Shown here in pieces: positions 52,901 through 63,309 of a DNA stretch of 64,000 bases (position 1 is the stretch's first letter; each line of letters opens with the position of its first letter). The stretch lies in NCBI RefSeq assembly GCF_037042905.1, contig NC_087251.1:47308001-47372000 (forward strand), given 5' to 3'. The notes beneath the pieces were generated by a model. It saw only the letters and a list, made by a program, of their open reading frames with translations, was not told the origin of the DNA and searched no databases. This stretch comes from Lytechinus pictus (Eukaryota). The translations under genes were made by a program, and so were the position numbers.

Positions 52901-55265
52901 GCGAGACTGCCAGAGGCGTTCCACTTGTTTTTATATCAATGGTTAGTCCTCAAACTACCGGGATGGGGGGACCTGTCCATTTTGTCTATGCAATAGCATG
53001 GTGGTCGCCTTGAAATGAGTGTCCCCCTTCTCTTCCTTTGAGGTTTCTGCCATACTTTATTGATATATTTGACAGCTATAGAAAATGCTTAATGATTTAC
53101 AAGATCATTGGGTGTATCTACCTTTGTCCCCTCCCCACTTTTCTTTAATTCTGTTTTTCCTTTTCTGTCTCCACTAACAATCAAAGCTCCATCTTTAGTT
53201 TGCATTTCTTTATTAGATCACACCATCCATTTCAGTCACCTTCAGAATCATATTTTTGTTTTTAAGTCATGACATACACAGAAAGATTGTTATGTTATTT
53301 TATATCTATAGATAAGGATGAATATTAATTTTGATAACCTGTATGTTTGCATAAAGTAGGCAAAGCAAATTCCAACATAAGAATATGGATTATCTCAGTC
53401 TCTCTCCCCCCCCCCTCTTTTTTATTTTCTCTCTCTCTACAGGAAACCAACAACTTTCTGCACATTTGAACACGAGGGTGCAAAGAAGCTCTTCTTCTCA
53501 CTGCCAGGTAAGATTCTACATTAGCATTAACAGGACCAAGATTAAACCAAGGGTCCCAATTTTATGGTATTGAAAGCCACATTGATTGGCCTCAGGGCCC
53601 TTCTAATCGGTACCAGAGATATTTAAATACCAATCAGCATGCGACCGCCCATACTCTAATTGAATATCACAATCCAAAAGATGTGGCCAATGTTTGTAAC
53701 TGCATCAACTTCTCCCATTTAGCGTGGATTGCAGCCGCACGCTAAAACACCAAGATGTCCTTTGAATTTCGATACATAAACGTGCAGTGCATGCAGTATG
53801 AAGAGTCTGCGGTCAGTGCGGTACCCTCATAACGATGGCGGCAAAATTCTTCATGTGACGCTCGTCAGGTCCGTTGTAGACGTATCATAGAGCGTTGTGG
53901 CCCAGTGGATTAGTCTCTGGACTTCTAAACAGAGGGTCATGGGTTCGAATTCCAGTCATGGCGTAAATTTCTTCAGCGAGAAATTGACCCACATTGCGCT
54001 GCACTCCACCCAGGTGAGGAACCTGGCAAGAAATTATTCTTTGAAACACGTGAGCATGTGACAGTAGCTCAGCTCAAGCCAGTGTAATTATGCTGCATTT
54101 ATTGTAGAGTGCTGTGGGGCTTCTGATAAAGGGGTATTAGGTGCTATAAAAGCAAGTATAGTTGTTACCTCTTCAACCATCATCTCTTTCTTACAGGTAA
54201 TCCTGTATCAGGCATCGTGACATTCAACCACTTTGTCTTACCCTGTCTGAGGAGGATGATGGGGCATGCGGACCTTCATCTCAAGAGAATCAAAGTTCGG
54301 GTAAGTTGCTGAGTATCATGTAAGAGAGAGAATCTCTTTTTTTTTTATCTGAAATAAGCAACTTTGTTGTTTATATAAAGAAATTAAAGGTCCTATGAAA
54401 TACAGCAAAGATGCTGATTTATTCGTTAGCTTAGTGGTTACTAATAACGATTCCATCAAAATTTTACCCGAAAAACATCCCACATCAGGTTCAAAGGCAG
54501 TTTTATATTGAAAATCGAGCCAAATTCGCCACGCCCACACAAAATTCAGCCCGATTTGGTTTCGTATATCACGTGACAATTATGACGTCAGGGGAAGAAT
54601 CTGCTGAGTGTTGCTGACGTTTGGTGCGTGAAGTGCCTATTGTGGTTGCACGTGTGGATTTACATGTGCAATAACTAGGGGTCCGGCTGCACAGCTGAGA
54701 ATGCTTTCTTTTGATGACGTCACGATGATTGACAGGTCGATCGGCCGACTTTTTCAAAAATTTTAGAGGGCGTTCCCGTTGAAGTTCATTTCCATGGAAT
54801 AACTCAACACCGGTTCGTTCTACACAGAAACCAATGGCAAATTCGTATTTTTCAAGTAAAACTACCCAAGAATAGATATATATCCAAAATAAGATGGTTT
54901 TTGTGTCATAGGACCTTTAAATAGGGGTCTTAATGAAGCGTTTAGGGCTCAAATTCGCTTTTGAGTCAGGATAGTATGGAAGTTTACCAAAGGGATATTA
55001 TTAACTCGCCCATATCTTCTTCTTGCTCTTTCAGGTCCAGGATGACCTCAAGCTTGACCCCCGACCCGAGTTCCAGAGGGCGCTGTTGGACTGGCAGTCC
55101 CCTGAGGATGGCGTGCCTCTGGCTTCGACGACCGGCAACCAGATCAGCAGCCGTCTGATCAGCATGCGGCAGGCCAACGCCCTGTTAGCGCTGCCTCCGA
55201 GGAGTGATGAGCAGCCGACTATCCCTAAGGGATCTCTCGTTGAAGCTGTAGTGCTTAGACTATGA
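12430..55265 (+). CDS. GPHN: Gephyrin (molybdopterin adenylyltransferase G domain + molybdenum insertase E domain), 18 coding exons, 637 aa
   Basis: Exons 12430-12475, 17007-17085, 18101-18158, 18766-18858, 21416-21510, 21988-22054, 24043-24171, 37328-37376, 37858-37989, 38900-38992, 41046-41221, 42185-42243, 43172-43325, 44075-44196, 45298-45459, 53443-53507, 54197-54300, 55035-55265. All are GT-AG and in phase (1914 nt). Motifs: [102 protein letters not shown]. Confidence 0.96.
12842..16350. mobile_element. Non-autonomous DNA element (hAT-like CAG-type termini) hosting the Tc1 insertion
   Basis: Imperfect TIRs CAGGCGCGTAGCCAGG / CCTGGCTACGCGGTTG, with poly-G on both sides. No coding capacity apart from the nested Tc1. 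Confidence 0.55.
13554..15616. mobile_element. Tc1 (DD34E) transposon rearranged into a 2.06-kb palindrome of two 5'-truncated transposase halves
   Basis: TA on both sides (13552-13553, 15617-15618) and CACTACTCAAAAAAAG termini. ORFs 13812-14744(-) and 14651-15358(+) carry FTDES, MDDNA-x34-E (SPDLNPIEH) and GGGSVMVWG. Arms of about 930 bp mirror each other. Confidence 0.95.
17768..18072 (+). mobile_element. tRNA-derived SINE
   Basis: A and B boxes, core CACTCGACCCAGGTGAGGTGAATGGGTACC and an (ATT)n tail next to the GPHN exon 3 acceptor. Confidence 0.8.
19094..19365 (+). mobile_element. tRNA-derived SINE
   Basis: Same family: TGGCCCAGTGG head, CACTCAACCCAGGTGAGGTAAATGGGTACC core, ATT tail. 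Confidence 0.75.
19628..20030. mobile_element. Older Kolobok-like MITE of the 31191-31584 family
   Basis: TTAA|AGGTAAA...GTAGTTGCAG start and CAACTGGTATTTATCT end. Colinear similarity to 31191-31584. Confidence 0.6.
20118..20579. mobile_element. MITE with CCCGGGG termini and 8-bp target duplication
   Basis: Inverted arms (AGTCAAATAT...TTGCTGTACACACGCGTGACCA) and ATTGCTGT direct repeat at 20110-20117 and 20580-20587. Internal TTTAGGG repeats. Confidence 0.7.
20860..21330 (+). mobile_element. 3' fragment of a non-LTR retrotransposon (ORF2 C-terminus and 3' UTR)
   Basis: Translation RLTRS...HPY...[14 protein letters not shown] is typical of CR1/L2/Jockey ORF2 C-termini. The 3' UTR is repeated at ~38265-38380. 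Confidence 0.7.
21142..21296. mobile_element. PIF/Harbinger-like MITE
   Basis: TIR GGGCCCGTTGCATAAAACT / AGTTTTATGCAACAGGCCT and a 3-bp CAG duplication, supported by the empty homologous site near 38352. Confidence 0.75.
22070..22775 (+). repeat. Purine-rich minisatellite, about six units of ~105-120 bp
   Basis: The core GAATCAGGAAAGAGACACTGATTTTCAATCTAC recurs at ~22130, 22245, 22351, 22464, 22578 and 22690. Confidence 0.9.
23343..23720. mobile_element. Kolobok-like MITE
   Basis: TTAA flanks and imperfect TIR AGTGATTGGTTAAC / GTTAAACAATACCT. Confidence 0.65.
26528..27845 (+). CDS. Large coding exon in gephyrin intron 7 (NLS, acidic disordered region, start of Cys/His Zn finger); probable alternative GPHN exon or nested gene
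   Basis: 1318-nt open frame with protein-like composition. Acceptor TGTGTTCAG|GAT is phase 0, matching the GPHN exon 7 donor at 24171; donor GAAG|GTGAG is phase 1. Contains [14 protein letters not shown] tracts and [23 protein letters not shown]. Confidence 0.85.
28247..28632 (+). CDS. Terminal coding exon completing the Cys/His Zn finger and a helical (HTH-like) tail
   Basis: Acceptor CTTGCTTCCAG|GT is phase 1 and joins 27845 in frame: [38 protein letters not shown]...TLDEIHRKL...[13 protein letters not shown]...stop at 28632. Candidate AATAAA at 30883. Confidence 0.85.
29110..29263. mobile_element. Short CAGGGG-terminus MITE
   Basis: CAGGGGCCGTGGAA / TTCCACGGCCCCTG TIR, flanked by a CTATG direct repeat. 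Confidence 0.7.
29604..29750 (+). mobile_element. 5' fragment of the same HINE-like family
   Basis: TTTTGTCTCACCTGC...TATAGGCGCCGCTTTTCCGACG(GCG)n...AAGGTTAAGTTTTTGAAATGAC closely matches 47036-47190. Confidence 0.75.
31191..31584. mobile_element. Kolobok-like MITE
   Basis: TTAA|AGCTAAATGAAAGTAGTTGCAGTAA ... TTACCACAACTGGCATTTATCT|TTAA. Confidence 0.7.
33400..33500 (-). mobile_element. tRNA-like head of a second SINE family
   Basis: Minus strand TGGCTCAGTCGG (A box) and GGTTCGAGTCC (B box), but the acceptor stem does not pair. Confidence 0.55.
33560..33832 (-). mobile_element. tRNA-derived SINE
   Basis: Reverse-complement copy with intact A and B boxes, the same core and a (TAT)n tail. Confidence 0.8.
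34002..34584. mobile_element. Kolobok-like MITE, copy A
   Basis: TTAA flanks and TIR AGGAGAATGAAAC / GTTTCATTCTCCT. Near-identical reverse complement of 35916-36499. Confidence 0.8.
35916..36499. mobile_element. Kolobok-like MITE, copy B (inverted relative to A)
   Basis: TTAA flanks and the same TIR. The matching spurious 64-aa ORFs 34105-34299(-) and 36202-36396(+) confirm near identity. Confidence 0.8.
36895..37276 (+). repeat. Degenerate (GAT/GGT/GAG)n trinucleotide microsatellite
   Basis: Seen directly; it is the source of the poly-H/M/D/I spurious ORFs. Confidence 0.9.
39558..40160. mobile_element. Kolobok-like MITE with long palindromic arms
   Basis: TTAA|AGGACAAGTCCAC ... GTTGACTTGACCT|TTAA, with extended inverted similarity (GATGTAAAATAA.AAAGTTATGACAT and its reverse complement). 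Confidence 0.75.
42275..42545 (+). mobile_element. tRNA-derived SINE
   Basis: Same head and core as 17768-18072. Confidence 0.75.
44427..44584. mobile_element. PIF/Harbinger-like palindromic MITE
   Basis: GGGGCCTGTTTCGTAAAG ... CTTTATGAAACGGGCCCC, with almost fully palindromic arms. Confidence 0.7.
47035..52930 (+). mobile_element. Helentron-associated (HINE/DINE-like) non-autonomous element interrupted by a piggyBac
   Basis: Starts in a T run. Subterminal inverted repeat GTCTCGCCTGCA (47040) / TGCAGGCGAGAC (52896), 5' hairpin, (GCG)n microsatellite, 163-bp tandem units (47237, 47400, 47563) and a CTTGTTTTT end. Family assignment is from architecture only. Confidence 0.7.
47708..52757. mobile_element. 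Non-autonomous piggyBac-like element (5.05 kb)
   Basis: TTAA on both sides (47704-47707, 52758-52761) and a perfect 13-bp TIR CCCTTTGCGTGCG / CGCACGCAAAGGG. No transposase ORF; internal duplicated blocks. Confidence 0.85.
53888..54150 (+). mobile_element. tRNA-derived SINE
   Basis: A and B boxes plus CACTCCACCCAGGTGAGG core. Confidence 0.7.
54388..54916. mobile_element. Kolobok-like MITE
   Basis: TTAA flanks and a perfect 11-bp TIR AGGTCCTATGA / TCATAGGACCT. Confidence 0.75.
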
Positions 55266-55773
55266 GCAGTAGATAATTCAAGCACATAGACCTGTAAGCC
55301 CTACATCTGATTCTTGCTAAATGATAATTTTGAATTATTGATTAAAAATCAGGTTGAAAATCGGATTGAACATCACTATGCTTTCTCACACCTATACTTG
55401 TTCCCCCCCCCCTCACCCTCGAAAAAATCCAGTGTATTGCCAAGTTCAATATTCTTGTCAATGCATTGCCTTAAGCGTTGGATGTCATCTCATCAGAGAT
55501 GAACAGAAAATATGTGTTGTTTGTTATAATATGTCTTGAATGACTTTGGAAGTCTGCCATAATTTTAGATTAAAATTGAATAATTTAAGAATAACTGACA
55601 GAAAAAGAAGTAATTGATTGAGAGTTTCAAAGTTCAGGCAAGTCAGGAGATTGATGGAAAGTCGTTGGATTGAGCTTGGAAGTTGTATCTTTAGTTAAGG
55701 AACTGGTTTAGATTTAGATATTAATTTCAGTTCAGTGTTATCAAGAATATGTGTCACATGTAACAGTATTATG

Positions 55774-56814
55774 CAGGGATGCCACTTGGTGTCCTCCAAA
55801 AATACTGAAAATTATCGTGGGCCGGGACAGTGTCCAAGAAAGAAAAAAATTTAGGGGGGTCCACCTTAAATTTTGGGATGGACACAGGTAAAAAATTGGA
55901 AAAAAAATTAGGAGGGGGGGGGGAGGACCAAGTGGCTTAATTGTTACCTTGTTGTGATCGATGACTTTGAAGTCAATTAGGTTTGAAAAACTGACGGTAG
56001 TTAGTTATTGTGTATTTCTCATAGAATGCTAGACCAAAAGCTTCAGTCTCTGTATTTTGGTTGTTCAGCTGAACCGCGTTGGCTCCACTCACCAGTACAT
56101 CGACTGAAGAGTTGTTGGCCCGTACTTAAAGACAACGTATCAGCTAACCCAGGGAGCTCCGGCCCGCTTTCCGGGCCAGAGCTCCCTGCCTGGGTTCCGT
56201 ATCAGCATGCAGCAGTAGCGTTAGATCTAACATTCGGCAGAAACCCGATTTTCGGATCGTTTTTGGTACATAAAATGTCACATTATAAAAAATATAATTA
56301 CATCCAAACTTACGAGAAAATATATGAAATTCAGAAACAACGTACCTTAGACCGCAGTTACCGCTAATTCCTTCCAAATGATGATCAAAACTTAGTCATC
56401 CTCGATTCCTTCGTTGGTCATCGTAAGTTGGATGACGTCATCATCTTTACATACGTATTTACCAGTCGCTATTATACCGCGATTCGTGCCGCTGCTTTGC
56501 GCTTGTGTATGTGCGTGCGTTCGGAACTTGTCGCTTGCATTGATTGGCCAGGATTTATTCTAATCGGAAAGCCTCGATAAAAGCATAACTCAATGAACGT
56601 AGTGGGTAGTGCGCGCGTTTATAATAATAGCAAATATCTCGGGGAAATATCTCTCACTCGGTCGATCGACATGCATGAGAGAGAGGGAGAAAAAGGAGGA
56701 CTTTCCGGTTTTTTAATACACAGAAAACAGGAAAAGTCGGAAATACGGAAATAAGACAGATATAGCAGGGAAAAAGCCGGAATTACGTATAAAGACGAAA
56801 AAGTGGCATCCCTG
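55774..56814. mobile_element. Non-autonomous DNA transposon downstream of the GPHN stop codon
   Basis: 14-bp perfect TIR CAGGGATGCCACTT / AAGTGGCATCCCTG, flanked by an ATTATG direct repeat. Confidence 0.75.
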
Positions 56815-57241
56815 ATTATGACACCATTTGTTACTAATTTAGAAATATTTCTCATGCATTTGTGGGCTTCTAAGTGAGAAAAATCAAAATTCTGTGCAAT
56901 ATGTATTTGAAATAGACATATTGATCATTTGAGTTTATTCCCAAGAAATAGGTAAATATGCAGGTAGATTGGATAGACAGTTCCTGGTAATGTAGAGTTT
57001 ATTCATTAGCCATACATGATTATTTCAAAATCTTTATGGAATTCCTGTTTACGAATGAAAGCTTTTGGATGAAATGTAGGTCAACCATAATTTGTCAGTT
57101 TTTCTTGGATATCAAAAATATCATTTGTTGTTTTTCAGTATGGCTGGGAACATGGTCATTTTATCGTCTATATGATTGGCATTTCAATATCTGATATGTG
57201 TAATGCAGTGTGTTATTGTACAGTTAAAAAAAAATCAATGT

Positions 57242-57530
57242 AGAGGCACTGTGGACCAGTTGATAAGTCTCCGGACTATGAACCGTAAGGTCCGGGGTTC
57301 AAATCTTACAGCAGCACTCTCGTCCTTTGGCAAGGCATTTATCTAAATTTGCCACTCTCCACCCAGGTGTAGAAAATGGGTACCCGGTAGGAAGGAATTC
57401 CTTGAATGCCTGAGCACCGAGGCAGCCCAGCTAAAGCTGGGGTAATAATAACATCATCATGTTAAGCAGGGACCACCTAGAGGACAAAACTGAAGTGGCT
57501 ACCCTGGGTAAATATTGTTATTTTTATCAT
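57242..57530 (+). mobile_element. tRNA-derived SINE
   Basis: A and B boxes, CACTCTCCACCCAGGTGTAGAAAATGGGTACC core, and a 3' part shared with 17940-18060. Confidence 0.75.
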
Positions 57531-58573
57531 ATTGCTGTATAGGCTTACAAGGAAATCTGTGTTTCCCCTTAAATAGATTCATATTACTGAGAAAACTATT
57601 TTTATACAACAGAAATGTTCAGATCATAGCAGTACTCTGTGGAGTGGATAATCATTAAAATGATTTATTCTTTCCAAATTGTTATTAAGATAGTACTGAA
57701 AATTCTTGTCCTTGAAAAATTCATAATTAAGGAAATGAATAATCATCTTTGAGCACCTTTTCTTACTATATAGAATGTTTGTTCAATTATTATTCATGGT
57801 TTATTTCAATTGTATCTCGCAGCCACTGGCTGAATTGTACATAATTTACATTTTTTTTAAGATACAAGTATGGTCATGAAACATCAAAATCCACAACAAA
57901 ATGTATCATGAATAACAAACATAAAAGTAATAAGAAATAAATAGATAAAAATCCATGGAGAGAAACTACCATATTGATTATGAGCTAAGATTGTGAACAA
58001 ATTAAGAATTGAAATTATAGTCAATTCCTTAATATAACCTGTAAAAGTTCTAGAATGGATTTAAGAATACAGTAGCATATTTGCTAGATGTCAAATAATT
58101 CAGTTGTTTTATAAGTAAATAAAAATTGTAATTTAAAGATCAAAATATAGTTATCATTTTTCTTCCATATTCTTTGTCCATTTACAATGTAAATAGATCA
58201 GATTTCTTTGTTATGTGGAATTATTTTTGTTTACTCAAGAGGCAACAAAGTTGTTCATTGATTAACTTGCGGATGTCATGAGTTTTCAAAAGTTTTGTAA
58301 GTTGAAGTGCCTTGCTAGGATGACTGAGAAATGGATATACATTTGATAAATTAGCATGATTTTTCAGATGTTTCAACCTCTACGTATCATTGGACTTATC
58401 CATATTATGTTGCCAATTTATGTTCATTTTTAAAAAGTTTTTCTATAATAGGAGTCTAGCACTGGTGAATATAGAACACAGGGGGAGGGGGCATGAAATA
58501 ATTGAATTGAATTGAAAACTTAAACCTGTTTCTTAAAACTTCTGAATAGAGTCATGTTGAGTTTAAATATTGT

Positions 58574-58874
58574 GGCCCGTATTCTGATAGCAGGTTTAAC
58601 TTAAACCCATGTTTAAAGTTGTGGTTTAAGTATGGACAGCAAATTGTTACATAAATCACTAACAGTATAGATATCATACTTCAGCTCATTTGGCTCTCAA
58701 ATCATTCATAATTGTCTAGGAAGTATAAATAGATGATTGTCTTCACCATCGATGAATCAGGAAAGAGCAAAGTAAACATAAGAAACATACAAATTTTGAT
58801 ACTTTTGGCTTCCCATACTTAAACCACAACTTTAAACCTGAGTTTAAGTTAAACCTGCTATCAGAATACGGGCC
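58574..58874. mobile_element. PIF/Harbinger-like MITE
   Basis: 33-bp perfect TIR GGCCCGTATTCTGATAGCAGGTTTAACTTAAAC and TGT duplication on both sides. A diverged inverted relative lies at ~59172-59476. Confidence 0.8.
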
Positions 58875-61800
58875 TGTATCTTTAATTTCAGTTGTTTGAT
58901 TTTGGACTCTTGTGTTCTAGAACTGCTTATTCCTTTGATATACCTCCGTGTTATGAATTATAATATTTTGTCTTATTCTTTGACTCTTACCCCAAACTGC
59001 TACTGTATAGTTATCACAATGCCCCTTTCACTGCCATTTTGATACCCGCATGGGCTAACTACAGGGAGGAGGGGTGGGGCGAGGGGCATTAATCAATTTG
59101 TGATTATCATAATATTTTGAACCTCAAAAAATATGAATATGATCGTTTTTGTTACACTTTTTTCAACACTCTGGCCCATATTGTGAAGTCTGGTTTAACA
59201 TCTAACTCTGTGTTAAAATTATGGGAAGCCATAAATTTCAAAAATGCATTTACATTATTATGTTTCCTATGAGTACTTTGATCTTTCATCATGTTTTAAT
59301 GATAAAAGAAATATTTCAATTATTATTCCCAGTCGGTTATGAATCATTAGAATATCAAATGAGCTGACAATTGAACTTGTACTGTCAGAGATATACCTGC
59401 CACAATTGGCTATCCATAGTCAAACCACAACTTTAGACCAGTGTGTTACTTAAACCTGAGTTCAGAATTTGGGCCGGAGTGTGTAAGTATTATGCTCCAA
59501 AATGAATACCACAGAAATTGAAACAATGTTACCAATTTGTAGGAGACGTTAACAAAATATCTCATGCAATATATTTAGCATGTGTGTGTGCATGAGTGAT
59601 ATTGTGTGTGGTATACCGGTAATTTTTATACCATAGCCTCATTTCATAGTATTATAAAGTGTATTTTATAAAATAGGATTACAGTGTTATGCGATGTAGC
59701 CACATATATGCCCATATCTTATAGATATATGAAAAGAAGACTTGTCTAGTTTGAAAATATTTTGATATAATTATAGATGAAGATTGATAGTTTAGATTTT
59801 GAACATTTCTATAATTGTTTTTATCATGAGTATATGAAGATTCCAGCTACATGTGAATGTAAATGATATCAGCATGCAATCATATATGAATTTTATTTTG
59901 ATGAAAAATGTATTCAGTTTCTACCATTTGCTTTTGAAAATACAGGATTTTTCTGGTTTCTGCATTTTCAGTTGCAGAAAAACGAATAAATTTCGAAAAT
60001 TATATTGAGGTAATTGCTTGTTTCTTTCAGTCTTTTAGTTGTCACTTAAGGGTACATGTCGTAGGCTGATGGGAAGGGTTGGCATTTTATGATTTCGGCA
60101 TAGGAGTCGTTTCATTAAACATTAAAAGAATGAACGGTAAAATTTCTACCCCCCCCCCCCCCAACCCTAGACAATTAGTTGGGGTTCCAATAGACTTTCT
60201 GCGGCAAGGGAGCATCAATTGACCAAAAAGTTAAGAGGAACCAAAAAAAAAGGTATCGCGGAAGAGGTTTACGGTCCATTCCATCCTTGGACTAAGAAAA
60301 GTGGATATAGGTTGAGGTGAAATTAAGAGGTCAGAAAGATTGTTCTTTTCTGAGATGAGTAGTCTTTTAAAAGGACTAAACCAGAAAGGTGAGAGGCTTG
60401 AGTAATTGGAGAGATGAGAGAAGGCTGGCTTGAGTCGGTGAGTAGAGCGGGAAAGAGGGCTCGACGTTACGGGCAGGCTGACTGTCTTCAGGAGACAGTA
60501 TACTGTTTTTATAAGAACCATGAACTAAACCCTTTCTACTTTTTGAAAAGTTATGATTTTGGAATTTTTATAATAACCTCGTCAAGCTAGTCGGAGTAAT
60601 AATTAACTTTCTTGGACGAGGGATCATTAATAAGCAAATAATGAACTAAGTTTGAACTAACTCATTGCTATTTTCTCTAAAAAGTTACGATTTGGGGGAT
60701 TTGTTCTCAAAAGTTTTCTTCACCCCCTCTGAACAATATTTTGGATGATAATGGTCTTTCTGGAGTGAGGGAGAATTGATGGACAAAGAATGAAAAGGAA
60801 CAAACAAGTTGATATTTTTAATCAAGATCTTGAACTATAGTCATCTATATTTTTTTCCTAACTGCCCCAAGACCCCTCTAATTAATTTACCGGATTGAAA
60901 ATGTCATTTCTTGGATGAGAGGGTATTTAATAAATAAAATAAAGAAATAGAAATTTGATATTTTTGATAAAAATCATAACCCCTTCCCATTTTCTCAAAG
61001 AAATTGGATCTAAAAAAAAACCTGCCCCAATTAAGTCTGTGTAATAATTTGCTTTACGATATGAGGAGACATTAATATAGACGAAAAAAATCATACTCTG
61101 GATTTTATTTCTAAAAACTGCCTCTTGTAGTTCCCCCTATACATTAGTAATGGTGGTACAATCCTCTTTCCGAAAGAAAATTTGATATTTTGTATAAAAC
61201 TTTTGAACTAATCCCTTGCATTTTAACATCCTTGTCTATATACCCATTCCTCTGTCTTTTAAATTCGTTGATCTTTGGAAGCATTTCGAAACGAATTATA
61301 AATTCAACTTTTTTTTTTCTTTTCTTTTCTTCTTTTTTTTTTTTTTTAGCTTTTTTTTTTTTTTTTCTTATATCTTTTTTTTTTCTTTCTTTTTTTCTTC
61401 TTTCTATTTTCGTTTCTCAAATATCATCGATTAGTAACTTTGCCTCGGTTAATTCTTATGAGACAATAGCAATCTGTACATGTACTGAACTCAATTCAAC
61501 TTATTACATATAAGCCCATTTTGGAGGCTATTCAGTTTGCTTCTGGACTTATTTTAGTTCAGTACATGATTATCACGACTAAAATAAATCAGTCTCATGT
61601 TTAACCAACTCATTAATCTCACTTTGAAATTTTGATAAATTTATCTTACCTGGTTAGAGACCTATCGTCTTATCTTAAATATATACTTTTTCATCCTGAC
61701 TATTATTTTTTTATTTATTATAATATTTTCTAAATGCTATTATCAGTGATTATCATAATTACAAAAAGTGTTTCAAATGTCACAAGTAAGTTAATTGTTA

Positions 61801-63309
61801 AAAATCAAATTCCCGCTTCGTGCTCGTATTTTCGTGATGAGATACCATCCTCATTAATTCAAAAGTGGATTTTTGAAAATGGAAATGTCTAAAATTTTGC
61901 TCGTTTGCAACTTTTAAATAAATTTTTACCCGATACTCCCTATTTAGCCCCCTCAAAAAATGTTTGGCTCATTAGGCCTTTATCGTAAAGGAAAAACTTG
62001 TAAGAATTATCCTAAGTGCCTCAACATTCATGAGTCATGTTCGAGTGGGGTAGATAAGTCATTTTTGGGGTTTTAAAATAGTGCCCTTTTCGAAAAAAAA
62101 GGTGCCATTTTTTCCCTGTGCCGCCTATTTTCAACTTCGCTCCGCCGCCCCTGTTATCAGGTCATACAAAAAATGAAGGTTAATAAACCCTATATACTGA
62201 TAATGAGTCCCACTGTGTATGACACAGTGTGGAACACAATTAAAAAAAAAAACCTTCACAATGTCACAGTGTGAATCACTTATTCACATGGTTGACCGTG
62301 TGAACACGCCGTGAACCGTCACACTGTCGAGGTGTCCACGGTGTAAACATATCTTCACACTGTTGAATTTGAGCAATTTAACAGTGTGAGTCCACTTTGT
62401 GAACACACTGTGATCATACTTGTTGATTGCAGCAGGGATTGCAATTGCATCATAATCTTTATTTAAATACAATATGATTCATGATTACACATATAGGCCT
62501 AACTATCGAGTTCGCTTCGCGCGCTCAAGGGACTTACACTATTTTGTATCCTGCCCAACCTCCCCCCCCCCCCACCTCCCCTCCCATTCCGTGACCCACT
62601 GTACGCCACTATTGGCGGAGACATCCACTGTAAAAAAAAAAAAAAAAAAACCGACGGATAGTAGGCCTGTGGTCCGTTGCAGAAAGAGTTGCGTTTAAGC
62701 GCAAGTCAAAAATTCAATTGCAAGTCCCAAATGCGCGCTGTTGATTGGTTGAAAATCAAGTTGCGATTGATTGCAACTCTTTCTGCAACGGGCCCCAGGT
62801 CCATTGTAATATGCACATGGGGCGAATAAAAAAAGAGCGCACAATGGCGGGAAATTTGAATAGGTGTGCAGGCGAGGGTGAATGAATTTTGCCGACATCC
62901 TGACATTTGGAGGAAGCAGACGTGTTTTTGGTTGCTCCTACTTTTGGATAATTATTTCGGGAAATATCATATCTCTGCCATTAAAGTTTACATCACCCGA
63001 TAGCGGACAGTGTGCTGACTAGGAAGGAGCTTGTTATATATCCTTAAACAAATTATCCTTGGAGTAATTGAGGAATTTCCGAAAAAATCTTCAACTTTTT
63101 CTGACGAAAATCAGTGGATTTTTGTCATCAGACGCGCAAAAACAAAAACAAGTTGCCATGGAACCAGTTGCAACTCAAGGCCTACGCAGAGACCTTTGTT
63201 ACTGTGCGCCGTGAAATTTCCAACATTGCGCCATTCTGTACAAACTTTTGATTACGTCATATCGCGTCTTTTTTAACGTTATTTCTCTTTATTTCGTCAC
63301 AATCAAATA

